64,000 bases of DNA from an uncultured Acidobacteriota bacterium (GCA_963827655.1 CAWHCF010000020.1:160001-224000); one strand, 5' to 3'. Positions 1 to 12,092 are shown, counted from the stretch's first letter. Program-made: numbers and translations. Notes: generated by a model from the letters alone, not told the origin.

Positions 1-3000
1 CACGCAGAGCGTCAACTCTTTTGGCATCGGCATCGACGCGCGGCGCAACTTCTCGGCCCTTTCGGTCAACGGCGGCCAGGCCTTCACCAACGACATCGTG
101 CTCGATGGCGTAAGTGTGCAGGGTTCGGCCTGGAACGAGGCGGCCGTCCTGCCTAATCCTGAGGGGATCCAGGAAGTCCGCACGCTGATCAACAATTTCT
201 CGGCTGAGTATGGCAGGGCCCAGGGCGTGATTACGGTCACGACCAAGAGCGGAACCAACGGCTTTCATGGATCGGGTTTCTACCGCAACCGCAACGAAGC
301 GTTCAACGCCAACAGCTTCGGCAACAATGCGCGAGGGATTAGCCGTCCCGCATTCAAGGTGAATTCCTACGGCGGAACGTTCGGCGGGCCGATCCGGGAA
401 GATAAGGCTTTCTTTTTTGCCAGCTACGAAGGGCTGCTGCACAACCGCGCCATCGACTACCTCAGAACCGTACCCACGGCGTTAGAGCAAGCAGGGGACT
501 TCAGCCGGACATTCGTCAATGTCAACTCGGTGCCGACGCCGCTCAAGATCTACGATCCCTATGATGTCACCCAGACGGGGGCAAACGAGTACCGGCGCGC
601 CGAGATCCCGAACGCCATCATTCCCCGCCCGGACCCGTTCGCGTTGAAGCTGATGAGCTTCTATCCTCTTCCCAACCGCACGCCCGAAGACGATTACGGC
701 ACGAATAACTTCTTTCTCCGGGGAATTCAGCGCTTCAACAAGAACAGCGTGAATTCTCGTCTTGATTACCGGCTCGGCGGGCACTCAATCTATGGGACGT
801 TCGGCGTGTTCCAGGGAACTATCAATACTCCGAGTTCCTGGGGGGAAGACAATCCGTTCTACTCCCGGGGAGATTTCGTCGGGAACCTGATTACCGACCG
901 CAACCCATACGGTTCAATTGGCGACACGCTGGCCTTGACACCAACCCTGATCCTGGACATGCGCTACGGGATCAACCGGATCAACGCCAACAACGAGGCG
1001 GCGGTGTTTCCTGATTTCGACTACGTCCAATTCGGCATCCCAAGAGACCTGGTGGGAATTAATGCTGTTCCGGGAGCGCCGATCGAGTTCGGGCCTGGGA
1101 ATAATCTTAGCCCGCTCAACCGGACCAACTCGCTGCACAAACGGGAGCGGCAGACCAATCACCAGGCTGTGGCGGGCGCCACGAAGACAATTAATCGCTG
1201 GACCCTGAGATTTGGCAGCGAGTACCGCGTCTACCTTTCAAATTACACCGACGCCGAGGAGTCGTTTCAAATTCAAACCAGCAGCGCCTTCACACGGCAG
1301 GTCGTGAACTCTACCGGGGGGCGGCCGGCCCGGCGGTGACGGCTGATGCCGCAGGGTGGGGGCCGGCGGCCTTCCTGCTTGGCGCCGGCAACATCCACGT
1401 GGCCGAGGGGCGCGGTGCCAAGCCGGCTCTCGCCCAGAAGTACTTCGCGCTCTACAGCCAGAATGACTGGCGCGTTTCGGACCGCCTCACCGTGAATCTC
1501 GGGCTCCGGTGGGACGTTCAGCCCGCTCCCACGGACCGGCATGACAAGCTAAGCATGTTCGACTTTAACACCCGGAATCCTTTCGGCACGCCGGGCGCTT
1601 TCTTGTTTGCCGGGGCTGACGGCACAGAACGCAATCTGTGGAGGACACACTACAAGGACTTTGGGCCGCGGGTGGGCCTGGCATATCGACTCGGCTCGGA
1701 CGTTGTCATCCGGGCGGGTTACGGCCTTTCATACCTCCCGACCAACACCGGTTACTTCGACGGGCCCTTCGCCTATGGAATGGCGTCGTTCTCGTCATTT
1801 ACGACCTGGGACCATTTCGGAGCGACTCCCGCCGGTCGCGTCGTCGGGCGTTACTATGAAGTGAACCGGGTGATCCCGCCCGCCGGCTCGGACATACTGA
1901 ACCCGGGGCTGTACGGTGGCGGAGAACCGCGCTTCGACCTGGACTACAAGAACGGAACCGTTCAGCAATGGAACTTGTTCGTCGAGAAACGCCTCGGCTC
2001 CGACTGGCTTGTATCCGCCGGTTACGCTGCATCCAAAGGGGACAAGCTGCCTTATGCCCGCGTGCCCCTGAATTCGACCCAGTTCGTTCCCAATTCGCTG
2101 ATCGAGTCGTTTCGTGCCGGGTACATTGCCGACAACGGAAGGAGCAACCCCGCCAATGATCAGGTCCCGAATCCCTTCCAACCTGAGACCGGGCCTTTGA
2201 TCCCGTTCAAGGGCAGCCTGGGGAGAAGAACCATCAGCCGGTTGGAGGCCGCGCTGCCGTATCCGCATTTCGGGACGGTGCAGCTCCAGCGCTCCATAGG
2301 CTTCTCGAGCTATCACGCCCTGCAGCTGCAGGTGAATCGCCGGTTCGCCAGCGATCTCCAGCTCAATGCCCACTACACCTGGTCCAAGGCGCTCGATTTC
2401 AACCTGACTGAAGCGCAGACCAACGGCTTTGCCGACAGCGGCGGATACGATTCGAGCATCGATCAGTTGAACTATCGTAACAACAAAAAGGTATCCCTCA
2501 CGGATCTGCCGCACCGTTTTCTGATTTCCTTTCTCTACGAGCTGCCGTTCGGTTCGGGCAAACGTTTCAACCTGAACAGCCCGGTTGTCCGGGGGATCAT
2601 CAGCGGCTGGCGGCTCTCAGGCGTTGGGAATCTACAGAGCGGCTATCCGATCCAGCTCAGCGGAGCAAGCAGCACGCTGAACAATCGTCCCGACAGGCTT
2701 TCAGGAGTGGATGTGAAGGTCCCCGAGGCGCTGCAGCGCTGGTATGACGGAAGGACCGCCGTGACGCTGCCGAGCGGCAGGCAGATCACGCCCTGCAGCT
2801 TCTGCTACCTCCTCTACGACCCCGATGCCTTCTCCGGGCGCGTCGTCGCTACACCCGACGGCTCCATCGTCCCCGACGTTTACTGGTTGGGAAATGCCGC
2901 CGTGACCTATGGCGATATTCGCGGCGCGGGAAGGAACAACTGGAATCTGAGCGTCGAGCGCACTTTCAAAGCCGGGGAGCGTGTAGCTATCGATCTCTCC

Positions 3001-3207
3001 GCGCAGTTCACCAACGTCTGGAACCAGACCCAGTTCCGCCCGGCGATGCAGGGTGGTCTGGGCGCGACAATCGGGAGTGTCGACGTCATCCGAAGCCCGC
3101 AGCTCAACTTGAAAGCCGGTCAACTCTCGAATCAGAGCTACGGGACGCGCGGGAACGCTACCTTCGATCCCCGGCAGGTAGAATTTCAGCTCAAGGCGCG
3201 GTTCTGA
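1..3207 (+). CDS. Oar-like TonB-dependent receptor A, copy 1 (5' part outside window; 1-nt deletion in G-run near 1320 splits it into ORFs 98-1339 and 1336-3207)
   Basis: Motifs NFSAEYGR, KSGTNGFHGS, YSQNDWRVSDRLTVNLGLRWD and C-terminal RQVEFQLKARF ending in Phe; near-identical to 4249-7457, which has one more G in the run. Confidence 0.9.
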
Positions 3208-3232
3208 CTAGCGCTTGATGTTTCTTTGTGTA

Positions 3233-3354
3233 AATGGCATCGACCCATCTTTGGTGATTACTCATCGCATGAAGCTAGAGGAAGCCCCGGCCGGTTACCA
3301 ACTTTTCAACGATCAGAAGAGGAACACTGTATCAAAATCGTATTAAAACCTTAG
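3233..3354 (+). pseudogene. C-terminal fragment of a Zn-dependent alcohol / glutathione-dependent formaldehyde dehydrogenase (copy 1)
   Basis: Translates as IDPS.VITHRMKLEEAPAGYQLFNDQ..HCIKIVLKP* with an indel; typical C-terminus of this family. Confidence 0.7.
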
Positions 3355-3401
3355 GGCGCTTGCCATCCGCCGTATTCTGGACGCGTGTTCTCCCAACGAT
3401 G

Positions 3402-3594
3402 TTAACCGTGGCTTGGTTCTTGTTGCGCCAATCCTTCCTGGGCTCGCGCTTCTTCAGTAACTGGAACGGCGTTTCTGTCCGGCACGATGCGGGAGCCGTA
3501 GCGGTTGGCATATACCTGAGTAACCTCCGCGCCAAAAAACAAAATCATGGCGGAGTAATACACCCAGACGAGAATCACAACCAGAGACCCAGCA
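3402..3594 (-). pseudogene. Duplicated 3' fragment of the YihY-family gene
   Basis: Matches 7653-7845; truncated at the duplication junction. Confidence 0.85.
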
Positions 3595-3736
3595 ATAAGC
3601 GGTGATATAGTCAGGCTGGACCACGCATCCCAGGTTTGAATCCCCCCGAACGAATTGACCTCTTGAGGTCTTGCTAGTCACAAAACACGCAAAGACGCCC
3701 GCTGTGGAATGTTTCTAAAGCCAGGAGGATCCTGTC

Positions 3737-6700
3737 ATGCTTGCAAGCCGGTTCGCCTTCGGGTCAGTGGCAACCTGTATCCTGGGTTGCGCGCTGACAT
3801 TTGGACAGATCAAGTCGGGCACCATCACCGGATCGGTAGAGGACACGAGCGGTGCGCGCATCCCGGGCGCGGAGGTTTCCGTGGTTGACCAGGGGACAAA
3901 CCTCCTGATTCAGGTCGTGACCAACGACCGAGGAGAGTATGCGGTGCCCTATCTATCGCAGGGCGTCTATGCCGTCACGGTTTCCCTGACGGGTTTTTCA
4001 ACGTCGAAGCGTACGGACATTCGAGTCGACACCGCCCAGACTGTCCGTGTCGACGTGGTGCTTCAAGTCGGTGAAATAGGCACGACGGTCGAAGTCCGCT
4101 CCGAAACGGTTCAACTCCAGACCGAGGCCGCGACGGTCCAGAACGCGGTGGACGAGCGCCTGATCCAGGCGGTGCCGAACATCAATCGCAATCCTTTTTA
4201 CTACGCCAGCCTGCAGGCAGGGGTTGTCCCCCGCTCCGGTTTCAACGACACGCAGAGCGTCAACTCTTTTGGCATCGGCATCGACGCGCGGCGCAACTTC
4301 TCGGCCCTTTCGGTCAACGGCGGCCAGGCCTTCACCAACGACATCGTGCTCGATGGCGTAAGTGTGCAGGGTTCGGCCTGGAACGAGGCGGCCGTCCTGC
4401 CTAATCCTGAGGGGATCCAGGAAGTCCGCACGCTGATCAACAATTTCTCGGCTGAGTATGGCAGGGCCCAGGGCGTGATTACGGTCACGACCAGGAGCGG
4501 AACCAACGGCTTTCATGGATCGGGTTTCTACCGCAACCGCAACGAAGCGTTCAACGCCAACAGCTTCGGCAACAATGCGCGAGGGATTAGCCGTCCCGCA
4601 TTCAAGGTGAATTCCTACGGCGGAACGTTCGGCGGGCCGATCCGGGAAGACAAGGCTTTCTTTTTTGCCAGCTACGAAGGTCTGTTGCACAACCGCGCCA
4701 TCGACTACCTCAGAACCGTACCCACGGCGTTAGAGCAAGCAGGGGACTTCAGCCGGACATTCGTCAATGTCAACTCGGTGCCGACGCCGCTCAAGATCTA
4801 CGATCCCTATGATGTCACCCAGACGGGGGCAAACGAGTACCGGCGCGCCGAGATCCCGAACGCCATCATTCCCCGCCCGGACCCGTTCGCGTTGAAGCTG
4901 ATGAGCTTCTATCCTCTTCCCAACCGCACGCCCGAAGACGAGTACGGCACGAATAACTTCTTTCTCCGGGGAATTCAGCGCTTCAACAAGAACAGCGTGA
5001 ATTCTCGTCTCGATTACCGGCTCGGCGGGCACTCAATCTATGGGACGTTCGGCGTGTTCCAGGGAACTATCAATACTCCGAGTTCCTGGGGGGAAGACAA
5101 TCCGTTCTACTCCCGGGGAGATTTCGTCGGGAACCTGATTACCGACCGCAACCCATACGGTTCAATTGGCGACACGCTGGCCTTGACACCAACCCTGATC
5201 CTGGACATGCGCTACGGGATCAACCGGATCAACGCCAACAACGAGGCGGCGGTGTTTCCTGATTTCGACTACATCCAATTCGGCATCCCAAGAGACCTGG
5301 TGGGAATTAATGCTGTTCCGGGAGCGCCGATCGAGTTCGGGCCTGGGAATAATCTTAGCCCGCTCAACCGGACCAACTCGCTGCACAAACGGGAGCGGCA
5401 GACCAATCACCAGGCTGTGGCGGGCGCCACCAAGACAATCAATCGCTGGACCCTGAGATTTGGCAGCGAGTACCGCGTCTACCTTTCAAATTACACCGAC
5501 GCCGAGGAGTCGTTTCAAATTCAAACCAGCAGCGCCTTCACACGGCAGGTCGTGAACTCTACCGGGGGGGCGGCCGGCCCGGCGGTGACGGCTGATGCCG
5601 CAGGGTGGGGGCCGGCGGCCTTCCTGCTTGGCGCCGGCAACATCCACGTGGCCGAGGGGCGCGGTGCCAAGCCGGCTCTCGCCCAGAAGTACTTCGCGCT
5701 CTACAGCCAGAATGACTGGCGCGTTTCGGACCGCCTCACCATGAATCTCGGGCTCCGGTGGGACGTTCAGCCCGCTCCCACGGACCGGCATGACAAGCTA
5801 AGCATGTTCGACTTTAACACCCGGAATCCTTTCGGCACGCCGGGCGCTTTCTTGTTTGCCGGGGCTGACGGCACAGAACGCAATCTGTGGAGAACACACT
5901 ACAAGGACTTTGGGCCGCGGGTTGGGCCTGGCATATCGACTCGGCTCGGACGTTGTCATCCGGGCGGGTTACGGCCTTTCATACCTCCCGACCAACACCG
6001 GTTACTTCGACGGGCCCTTCGCCTATGGAATGGCGTCGTTCTCGTCATTTACGACCTGGGACCATTTCGGAGCGACTCCCGCCGGTCGCGTCGTCGGGCG
6101 TTACTATGAAGTGAACCGGGTGATCCCGCCCGCCGGCTCGGACATACTGAACCCGGGGCTGTACGGTGGCGGAGAACCGCGCTTCGACCTGGACTACAAG
6201 AACGGAACCGTTCAGCAATGGAACTTGTTCGTCGAGAAACGCCTCGGCTCCGACTGGCTTGTATCCGCCGGTTACGCTGCATCCAAAGGGGACAAGCTGC
6301 CTTATGCCCGCGTGCCCCTGAATTCGACCCAGTTCGTTCCCAATTCGCTGATCGAGTCGTTTCGTGCCGGGTACATTGCCGACAACGGAAGGAGCAACCC
6401 CGCCAATGATCAGGTCCCGAATCCCTTCCAACCTGAGACCGGGCCTTTGATCCCGTTCAAGGGCAGCCTGGGGAGAAGAACCATCAGCCGGTTGGAGGCC
6501 GCGCTGCCGTATCCGCATTTCGGGACGGTGCAGCTCCAGCGCTCCATAGGCTTCTCGAGCTATCACGCCCTGCAGCTGCAGGTGAATCGCCGGTTCGCCA
6601 GCGATCTCCAGCTCAATGCCCACTACACCTGGTCCAAGGCGCTCGATTTCAACCTGACTGAAGCGCAGACCAACGGCTTTGCCGACAGCGGCGGATACGA

Positions 6701-7457
6701 TTCGAGCATCGATCAGTTGAACTATCGTAACAACAAGAAGGTATCCCTCACGGATCTCCCGCACCGTTTTCTGATTTCCTTTCTCTACGAGCTGCCGTTC
6801 GGTTCGGGCAAACGCTTCAACCTGAACAGCCCGGTTGTCCGGGGGATCATCAGCGGCTGGCGGCTCTCAGGCGTTGGGAATCTACAGAGCGGCTATCCGA
6901 TCCAGCTCAGCGGAGCAAGCAGCACGCTGAACAATCGTCCCGACAGGCTTCCAGGAGTGGATGTCAAGGTGCCTGAAGCGCTGCAGCGCTGGTATGACGG
7001 AAGGACCGCCGTGACGCTGCCGAGCGGCCGGCAGATCACGCCCTGCAGCTTCTGCTACCTTCTCTACGACCCCGATGCCTTCTCCGGGCGCGTCGTCGCT
7101 ACTCCCGACGGCTCCATCGTCCCCGACGTTTACTGGTTGGGAAATGCCGCCGTGACCTATGGCGATATTCGCGGCGCGGGAAGGAACAACTGGAATCTGA
7201 GCGTCGAGCGCACTTTCAAAGCCGGGGAGCGTGTAGCTATCGATCTCTCTGCGCAGTTCACCAACGTCTGGAACCAGACCCAGTTCCGCCCGGCGATGCA
7301 GGGTGGTCTGGGCGCGACAATCGGGAGTGTCGACGTCATCCGAAGCCCGCAGCTCAACTTGAAAGCCGGTCAACTCTCGAATCAGAGCTTCGGGACGCGC
7401 GGGAACGCTACCTTCGATCCCCGGCAGGTAGAATTTCAGCTCAAGGCGCGGTTCTGA
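3737..7457 (+). CDS. Oar-like TonB-dependent receptor A, copy 2 (1-nt insertion near 5922)
   Basis: RBS aggagg, signal peptide, carboxypeptidase-regulatory-like domain GTITGSVEDTSGARIPGAEV, plug and barrel motifs, terminal Phe; ORFs 3737-6109 and 5856-7457. Confidence 0.92.
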
Positions 7458-7482
7458 CTAGCGCTTGATGTTTCTTTGTGTA

Positions 7483-7603
7483 AATGGCATCGACCCATCT
7501 TTTGTGATTACTCATCGCATGAAGCTAGAGGAAGCCCCGGCCGGTTACCAACTTTTCAACGATCAGAAAGGAACACTGTATCAAAATCGTATTAAAACCT
7601 TAG
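7483..7603 (+). pseudogene. C-terminal fragment of a Zn-dependent dehydrogenase (copy 2)
   Basis: GIDPSFVITHRMKLEEAPAGYQLFNDQ...CIKIVLKP*; the rest of the gene is absent and the receptor ends about 25 bp upstream. Confidence 0.7.
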
Positions 7604-7652
7604 GGCGCGCTTGCCATCCGCCGTATTCTGGACGCGTGTTCTCCCAACGATG

Positions 7653-8573
7653 TTAACCGTGGCTTGGTTCTTGTTGCGCCAATCCTTCCTGGGCTCGCGC
7701 TTCTTCAGTAACTGGAACGGCGTTTCTGTCCGGCACGATGCGGGAGCCGTAGCGGTTGGCATATACCTGAGTAACCTCCGCGCCAAAAAACAAAATCATG
7801 GCGGAGTAATACACCCAGACGAGAATCACAACCAGAGACCCAGCAGCGCCATACGCGGAAGCGATATTGGCCTGAGCCAAATAGAGACCTAACAACAGCT
7901 TTCCCACGATAAACAAAAACGCCGTAACGGCTGCTCCAATCCAAACGTCTCTCCACGAAATCTTCACGTCGGGGAGAATCTTAAAAATCATACCAAATAA
8001 CAGAGTGATCACGATCAACGAGAGGATTAGGTTCAAGATATGACCAACAAGAACAGCTCCTGGCATGAAGCCCCCGAGGAATTCACCGACCACAACAAGT
8101 CCCGCGCTTATGACAAGCGATACGAGCAACAGAAAACCGACGCCGAGTACCATCGTAAACGACAAGAAGCGATCTTTGAGGATCCCCAGCAATCCGCGAC
8201 CCGGCCGAGGTTTGACCTCCCAGATTGTGTTTAAACCGTCTTGTAGCTGACCAAAGAAGCCCGACGACCCGACTAACAGGACGATGATTCCAAACGCCGT
8301 GGCGATGACTCCGGAGCTCGGCTTGCTCGCATTTTCAATTAGTGTCTCGACTCCCTTGGCTCCTTCCGGCCCGATTAAACCACTGATCTGGTTGAGTATT
8401 TGCCCTTGCGTCGCGTCGCGTCCGAATGCCAGGCCGGCAATCGCAATTGCGATAATCAAGAGGGGAGCAAGGGAAAAAATCGTATAATACGCGAGCGCAG
8501 CAGCGAGTCGCGCTGCTCTGTCCTCACTCCAATCTTCAAACGCTTCCTTGATAAAACCCCAAGCGAACTTCAT
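7653..8573 (-). CDS. YihY/virulence factor BrkB family membrane protein
   Basis: AAALAYYTIFSLAPLL and [18 protein letters not shown] motifs; multiple TM helices; RBS gaggag. Confidence 0.92.
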   Translation of the reverse strand: MKFAWGFIKEAFEDWSEDRAARLAAALAYYTIFSLAPLLIIAIAIAGLAFGRDATQGQILNQISGLIGPEGAKGVETLIENASKPSSGVIATAFGIIVLLVGSSGFFGQLQDGLNTIWEVKPRPGRGLLGILKDRFLSFTMVLGVGFLLLVSLVISAGLVVVGEFLGGFMPGAVLVGHILNLILSLIVITLLFGMIFKILPDVKISWRDVWIGAAVTAFLFIVGKLLLGLYLAQANIASAYGAAGSLVVILVWVYYSAMILFFGAEVTQVYANRYGSRIVPDRNAVPVTEEARAQEGLAQQEPSHG

Positions 8574-8949
8574 ACCATGACTCCTCGTCAGTCTCTCCGA
8601 TCCTTAGAATTCTCTGCACTTGTTTGGCCAAGCGATCCTTCATCTCACTGAGCGTGAATTAGAGCAATTGCAACTACAGGCCTGAATTCTGGCGCCTGAG
8701 CATTGTTGGTTACCGGCAAAAATACCCGTTTTGGCGGCTGGCGTTTGGGCTTGCTCTTCCTTGGAAGTCCGCCAGCGGTTTCCGATTTTCGTAAGGAACA
8801 AACAAACCGCCAAATTGGGCGATGCCCCCAAAAGCCGGGGCGCATTAATTGCGAAGCTAACTTGGCTGGCTCGTGAATTGCGTGTTGCTTGGATCTGTTT
8901 TGTGTTTTTGCAAAGAGTTGTCGCGACCAGGAGAAACCCAGGAGAAACC

Positions 8950-9543
8950 ATGGAAAAGAAACAGTTGAACGAACTTCTTTACCAAGCGCTCGAAACCGAA
9001 AAGGGAGGAGTGCAGGTATATCGAACAGCAATTCAGTGTGCAGTTAACGAGGACCTGAAGGAAGAGTGGGAGGAATATCTGGAGCAAACGGAGAACCATG
9101 AGCGAATTCTCCTAGAGCTTTTCGAGAAAATGGGTCTAGACCCCGAAACAGAGACCACCGGACGCCGGGTCGTACGTTCTATTGGGCAGACGCTGGTGAA
9201 AGCGATGGAAATTGCGATGGAATCGGGGGAGCCGAAGGCGGCCCAGTTAGTAGCTGCAGAGTGTGTCGTTGAGGCCGAGACCAAGGACCATCTGAACTGG
9301 GGACTTATCGGCCAGGTCGCCAAGGAGTTAAAAGGAACCGAGGCCAAGGCGCTAAAGGACGCGCACGAGGAGGTTGAAGAAGAGGAAGACGAACATCTCT
9401 ATCACACGACGGGTTGGGCTCGGGAACTATGGATTGAGGCACTCGGGTTGCCCGCGGTGATTCCCCCTCCCGAAGAAGAGAAAGAAGTAACCACGGCCAT
9501 TGGCGCCGCGCGCGCCAAGCAGTCTCGGAAGAAAATGCTATAG
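8950..9543 (+). CDS. Ferritin-like domain protein (DUF892-like stress protein)
   Basis: ATG 8950 after aggaga; ALETEKGGVQVY, EQTENHE, ETKDH and EDEHLY di-metal-type motifs. Confidence 0.8.
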   Translation: MEKKQLNELLYQALETEKGGVQVYRTAIQCAVNEDLKEEWEEYLEQTENHERILLELFEKMGLDPETETTGRRVVRSIGQTLVKAMEIAMESGEPKAAQLVAAECVVEAETKDHLNWGLIGQVAKELKGTEAKALKDAHEEVEEEEDEHLYHTTGWARELWIEALGLPAVIPPPEEEKEVTTAIGAARAKQSRKKML

Positions 9544-9775
9544 AATTGGAGTCCCGTCCCCGCCAGAACAATTGGGCCCACGTTCCCTGCTGGAATCCTC
9601 AGGAGCCGTGATGCTGCGATCAGCAACTTCCGCGAGCATGGGATCTACGCTTACGTGGAATACTTGGGTAACCCGTCGCGTTGCCATGCTCGCAATTTCG
9701 CTGGCCCCGATCGGACAAACAAATCATGCCTGTTCCTCAAGGCATGGATGTGTTTCTGAGCAAAGGAGTTGACAT

Positions 9776-10028
9776 ATGCCAAAGGCAAGCAAGCGCTCGA
9801 CAAACGCGAATGGAAGGAAACGGAAGATCCGATACGCTGTTGTGGGACAGGGATACATTTCACAGGTCGCAGTTTTGCCGGCGTTCGCGCATGCAACAAA
9901 AAACTCCGAACTGGCGGCCCTGGTCTCCGATGATCCGCTGAAGCTCAAGAAGCTCAGCAAGAAGTATGATGTCCCGTACATCTATATCCTACGACGAGTA
10001 TGATGCCTGTCTGTCTGGTGGAGAAATC
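9776..10028 (+). pseudogene. N-terminal fragment of a Gfo/Idh/MocA oxidoreductase
   Basis: RBS aaggag; IRYAVVGQGYISQVAVLPAF Rossmann start; continues YDEYDACLSGGEI after a frameshift and then stops resembling the family. Confidence 0.75.
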
Positions 10029-10197
10029 GTACGTCTTCGAACCTCCCGCCCCGCACTGTTTCTTGGCGTTAATGACCGGTTACGTACCGGGAGAATTTAT
10101 TCCATGAGGAACAAATTATGCGTCAAGTGAGAGTGAAAGCGCCGCAGGGAAAAGGATGTGATATTGCGCGACCGCCGACGATGTCGGCCGACGGGAG

Positions 10198-10779
10198 ATG
10201 ATGCCCACACGCTCGCGCTTTACGCAGTCTCGAACCGCGCTGCTTCTGATCGATGTAATTAATCCGTTCGATTTCGAGGGTGGGAAGGCATTTGCTCGCA
10301 AGGCACTGCGAGTGGCGCGCGCTATCGGCCGACTTCGCGATCGGGTGACGGACGCCGGTATTCCGGTGATCTACGTCAACGACAACTTCGGGAGGTGGCG
10401 CTCCGACATGTTATCCATCGTGGCCTACTGCATTCGGCCCAACATGCCTGGAGCCCGGGTCGTCGACGTCCTCAAGCCTCGGAAGACCGACTATGTGGTA
10501 CTGAAGTCGACGTTATCGGGCTTTTTTCAGACGCCTCTGGAGACTATGTTGCGGCTTGGCGGGGTAAAGACACTCATCGTAACGGGATTTGCCGCCGACA
10601 ACTGCGTATTGTTCACGGCGGCGGATGCATACATGCGGGATTTTCGCCTTGTTGTTCCTCATGACTGCATCGGTGCTAAAACCAAGGAGGCGCAACATCG
10701 TGCCCTCCGAATGATGGCACAGCTCTTCGGCGCCAAAACGGGCACATCGTCCAGGCTCGGTCTTGCAGGCCGACCTTAG
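10198..10779 (+). CDS. Isochorismatase-family cysteine hydrolase
   Basis: ALLLIDVIN, KSTLSGF and TGFAADNCV supply the D-K-C triad. Confidence 0.9.
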   Translation: MMPTRSRFTQSRTALLLIDVINPFDFEGGKAFARKALRVARAIGRLRDRVTDAGIPVIYVNDNFGRWRSDMLSIVAYCIRPNMPGARVVDVLKPRKTDYVVLKSTLSGFFQTPLETMLRLGGVKTLIVTGFAADNCVLFTAADAYMRDFRLVVPHDCIGAKTKEAQHRALRMMAQLFGAKTGTSSRLGLAGRP

Positions 10780-10889
10780 CGGGGACTGTCGCTCCTATTT
10801 TGAAGCATCGGTCCCGGAACTTGGCTGTGCTGCCTTTCGATTCGCAAATCGCAAGTTCAACTGGACGTGCTCGGCCACAGTCGTGTGTC

Positions 10890-11089
10890 AGCCCTTGAAA
10901 GATCTCGACCGTGGAAGCGGAGATGTGTGCTTCCACCCCCTGGTGCACGAGTTGATACGGAACGCTGTAGTAGTGGCGCTCGATCTCGATATGGTAATCG
11001 ATATTCACTCGCGCCTTCTTCCATTGTGCGAAGGTGAAAGCTTCAGGAGGTAGAGGTTTCAATGCGGGACGGTCGAGCTCTTCGAACAT
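10890..11089 (-). mobile_element. Internal fragment of an IS21-family transposase (IstA)
   Basis: FEELDRPALKPLP...WKKARVNIDYHIEIERHYYSVPYQLV...STVEIF, typical IstA C-terminal region; no istB or element ends seen. Confidence 0.85.
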
Positions 11090-11115
11090 AGTTTAGATCG
11101 CAACTGGGAGGAAGC

Positions 11116-11655
11116 ATGGAAACATCTCAAATCACCGTTAGTCCAGTCCAGAAGAATATTCAAACTATTATCAAGCTCGAAGAAGAGGCGTTTCACAACC
11201 TGTCATCCGGAGAGCGCATCAGCAATACCATTGCCCGCTTTGTCGGTCGAATGAGCTTTGCTATTTATCACATCATTTGGTTTGGAGTATGGGCCCTGAT
11301 AAACACCGGCTTGATTCCAACTATCGAACCGTTCGACGCTTTCCCGTTTACTTTGCTAACAACACTCGTGTCTCTTGAGGCAATTTTTCTGTCGATTTTC
11401 TTATTGATCAATCAAAACGCCATGAGCCGGCAGTCTGACCATCGCGCGCATCTGGATTTGCAAGTCAATCTTCTTGCCGAGCAAGAGGCCACCCAAATGC
11501 TCAGGATGATCCGGCGAATCTGCCGAAAATTCGAAATAGAAGTCGATGACCTCTATGAGGAACTTGATCACTTGGAAAAGAAAACTGATGTCCATGACGT
11601 GGTGAATGAACTCAAGGAAAAGCTTCCCAGCGAAAACAGCAATGGCAAAACCTAA
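11116..11655 (+). CDS. DUF1003 family membrane protein
   Basis: PFDAFPFTLLTTLVSLEAIFLSIFLLINQN and DLQVNLLAEQE motifs; RBS ggagg. Confidence 0.88.
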   Translation: METSQITVSPVQKNIQTIIKLEEEAFHNLSSGERISNTIARFVGRMSFAIYHIIWFGVWALINTGLIPTIEPFDAFPFTLLTTLVSLEAIFLSIFLLINQNAMSRQSDHRAHLDLQVNLLAEQEATQMLRMIRRICRKFEIEVDDLYEELDHLEKKTDVHDVVNELKEKLPSENSNGKT

Positions 11656-12034
11656 ACTCGTTCCAACCTGCTAAGGCCTTCGGGGTTGCCGACGAATCTG
11701 TTATTAAACACACTCAGGGGGATTTGGATGTAACAATGGCTGCTGCATTTTCACTTTTCATGGAAGAGAGCTACGAACAGGGTGGCTTCGCCGGTGTCCC
11801 GGAGTTTTCCCGCTCCAATCCAAAAGTCAGGCCGTTCAACGGAGTCGGTTTCAAAACACATCCTCGCGGACGCCGCCTGGGCTCCTGGGCGTGGGACTTT
11901 CCGGGATTGTCGCTGATGAAGCGCTGCTCCTTCTTCCCTCTGATTGCCCGGTCCCATCCGGTTGAGTGTTTGGTGAAGTCTCTTGAAGAACAATTGACGA
12001 CGCCCGGCGTGGGGATGAAAAACGCGCGCCCGCA

Positions 12035-12092
12035 CTTCGTGGTTAGAGCTGTTTAACAAATACCACGAAGACTCAAAGACACGAAGAAACAC
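12035..12092. repeat. 8-nt-period REP-like element with conserved core cgtggttagagctgtttaacaaataccacg
   Basis: Imperfect hairpin; core recurs at 15918-15980, 16104-16161 and, reverse-complemented, at 23663-23728. Confidence 0.8.

Larger units (their letters stand above)
1..7845 (+). repeat. Tandem direct duplication with a unit of about 4.25 kb (1-3594 matches 4249-7845)
   Basis: Direct comparison; offset 4248-4251; match ends at ccagagacccagca (3594/7845). Confidence 0.95.

Noticed and set aside
1310-1330. Phase variation through the G-run in receptor A copy 1
   Set aside because: Single-base indels affect many unrelated genes here, including addA, addB and ccmF, so sequencing error is the simpler explanation.
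3598-3650. tRNA-like fragment or att site (ggtttgaatccc) next to the duplication junction
   Set aside because: The T-stem does not pair and no cloverleaf can be built.
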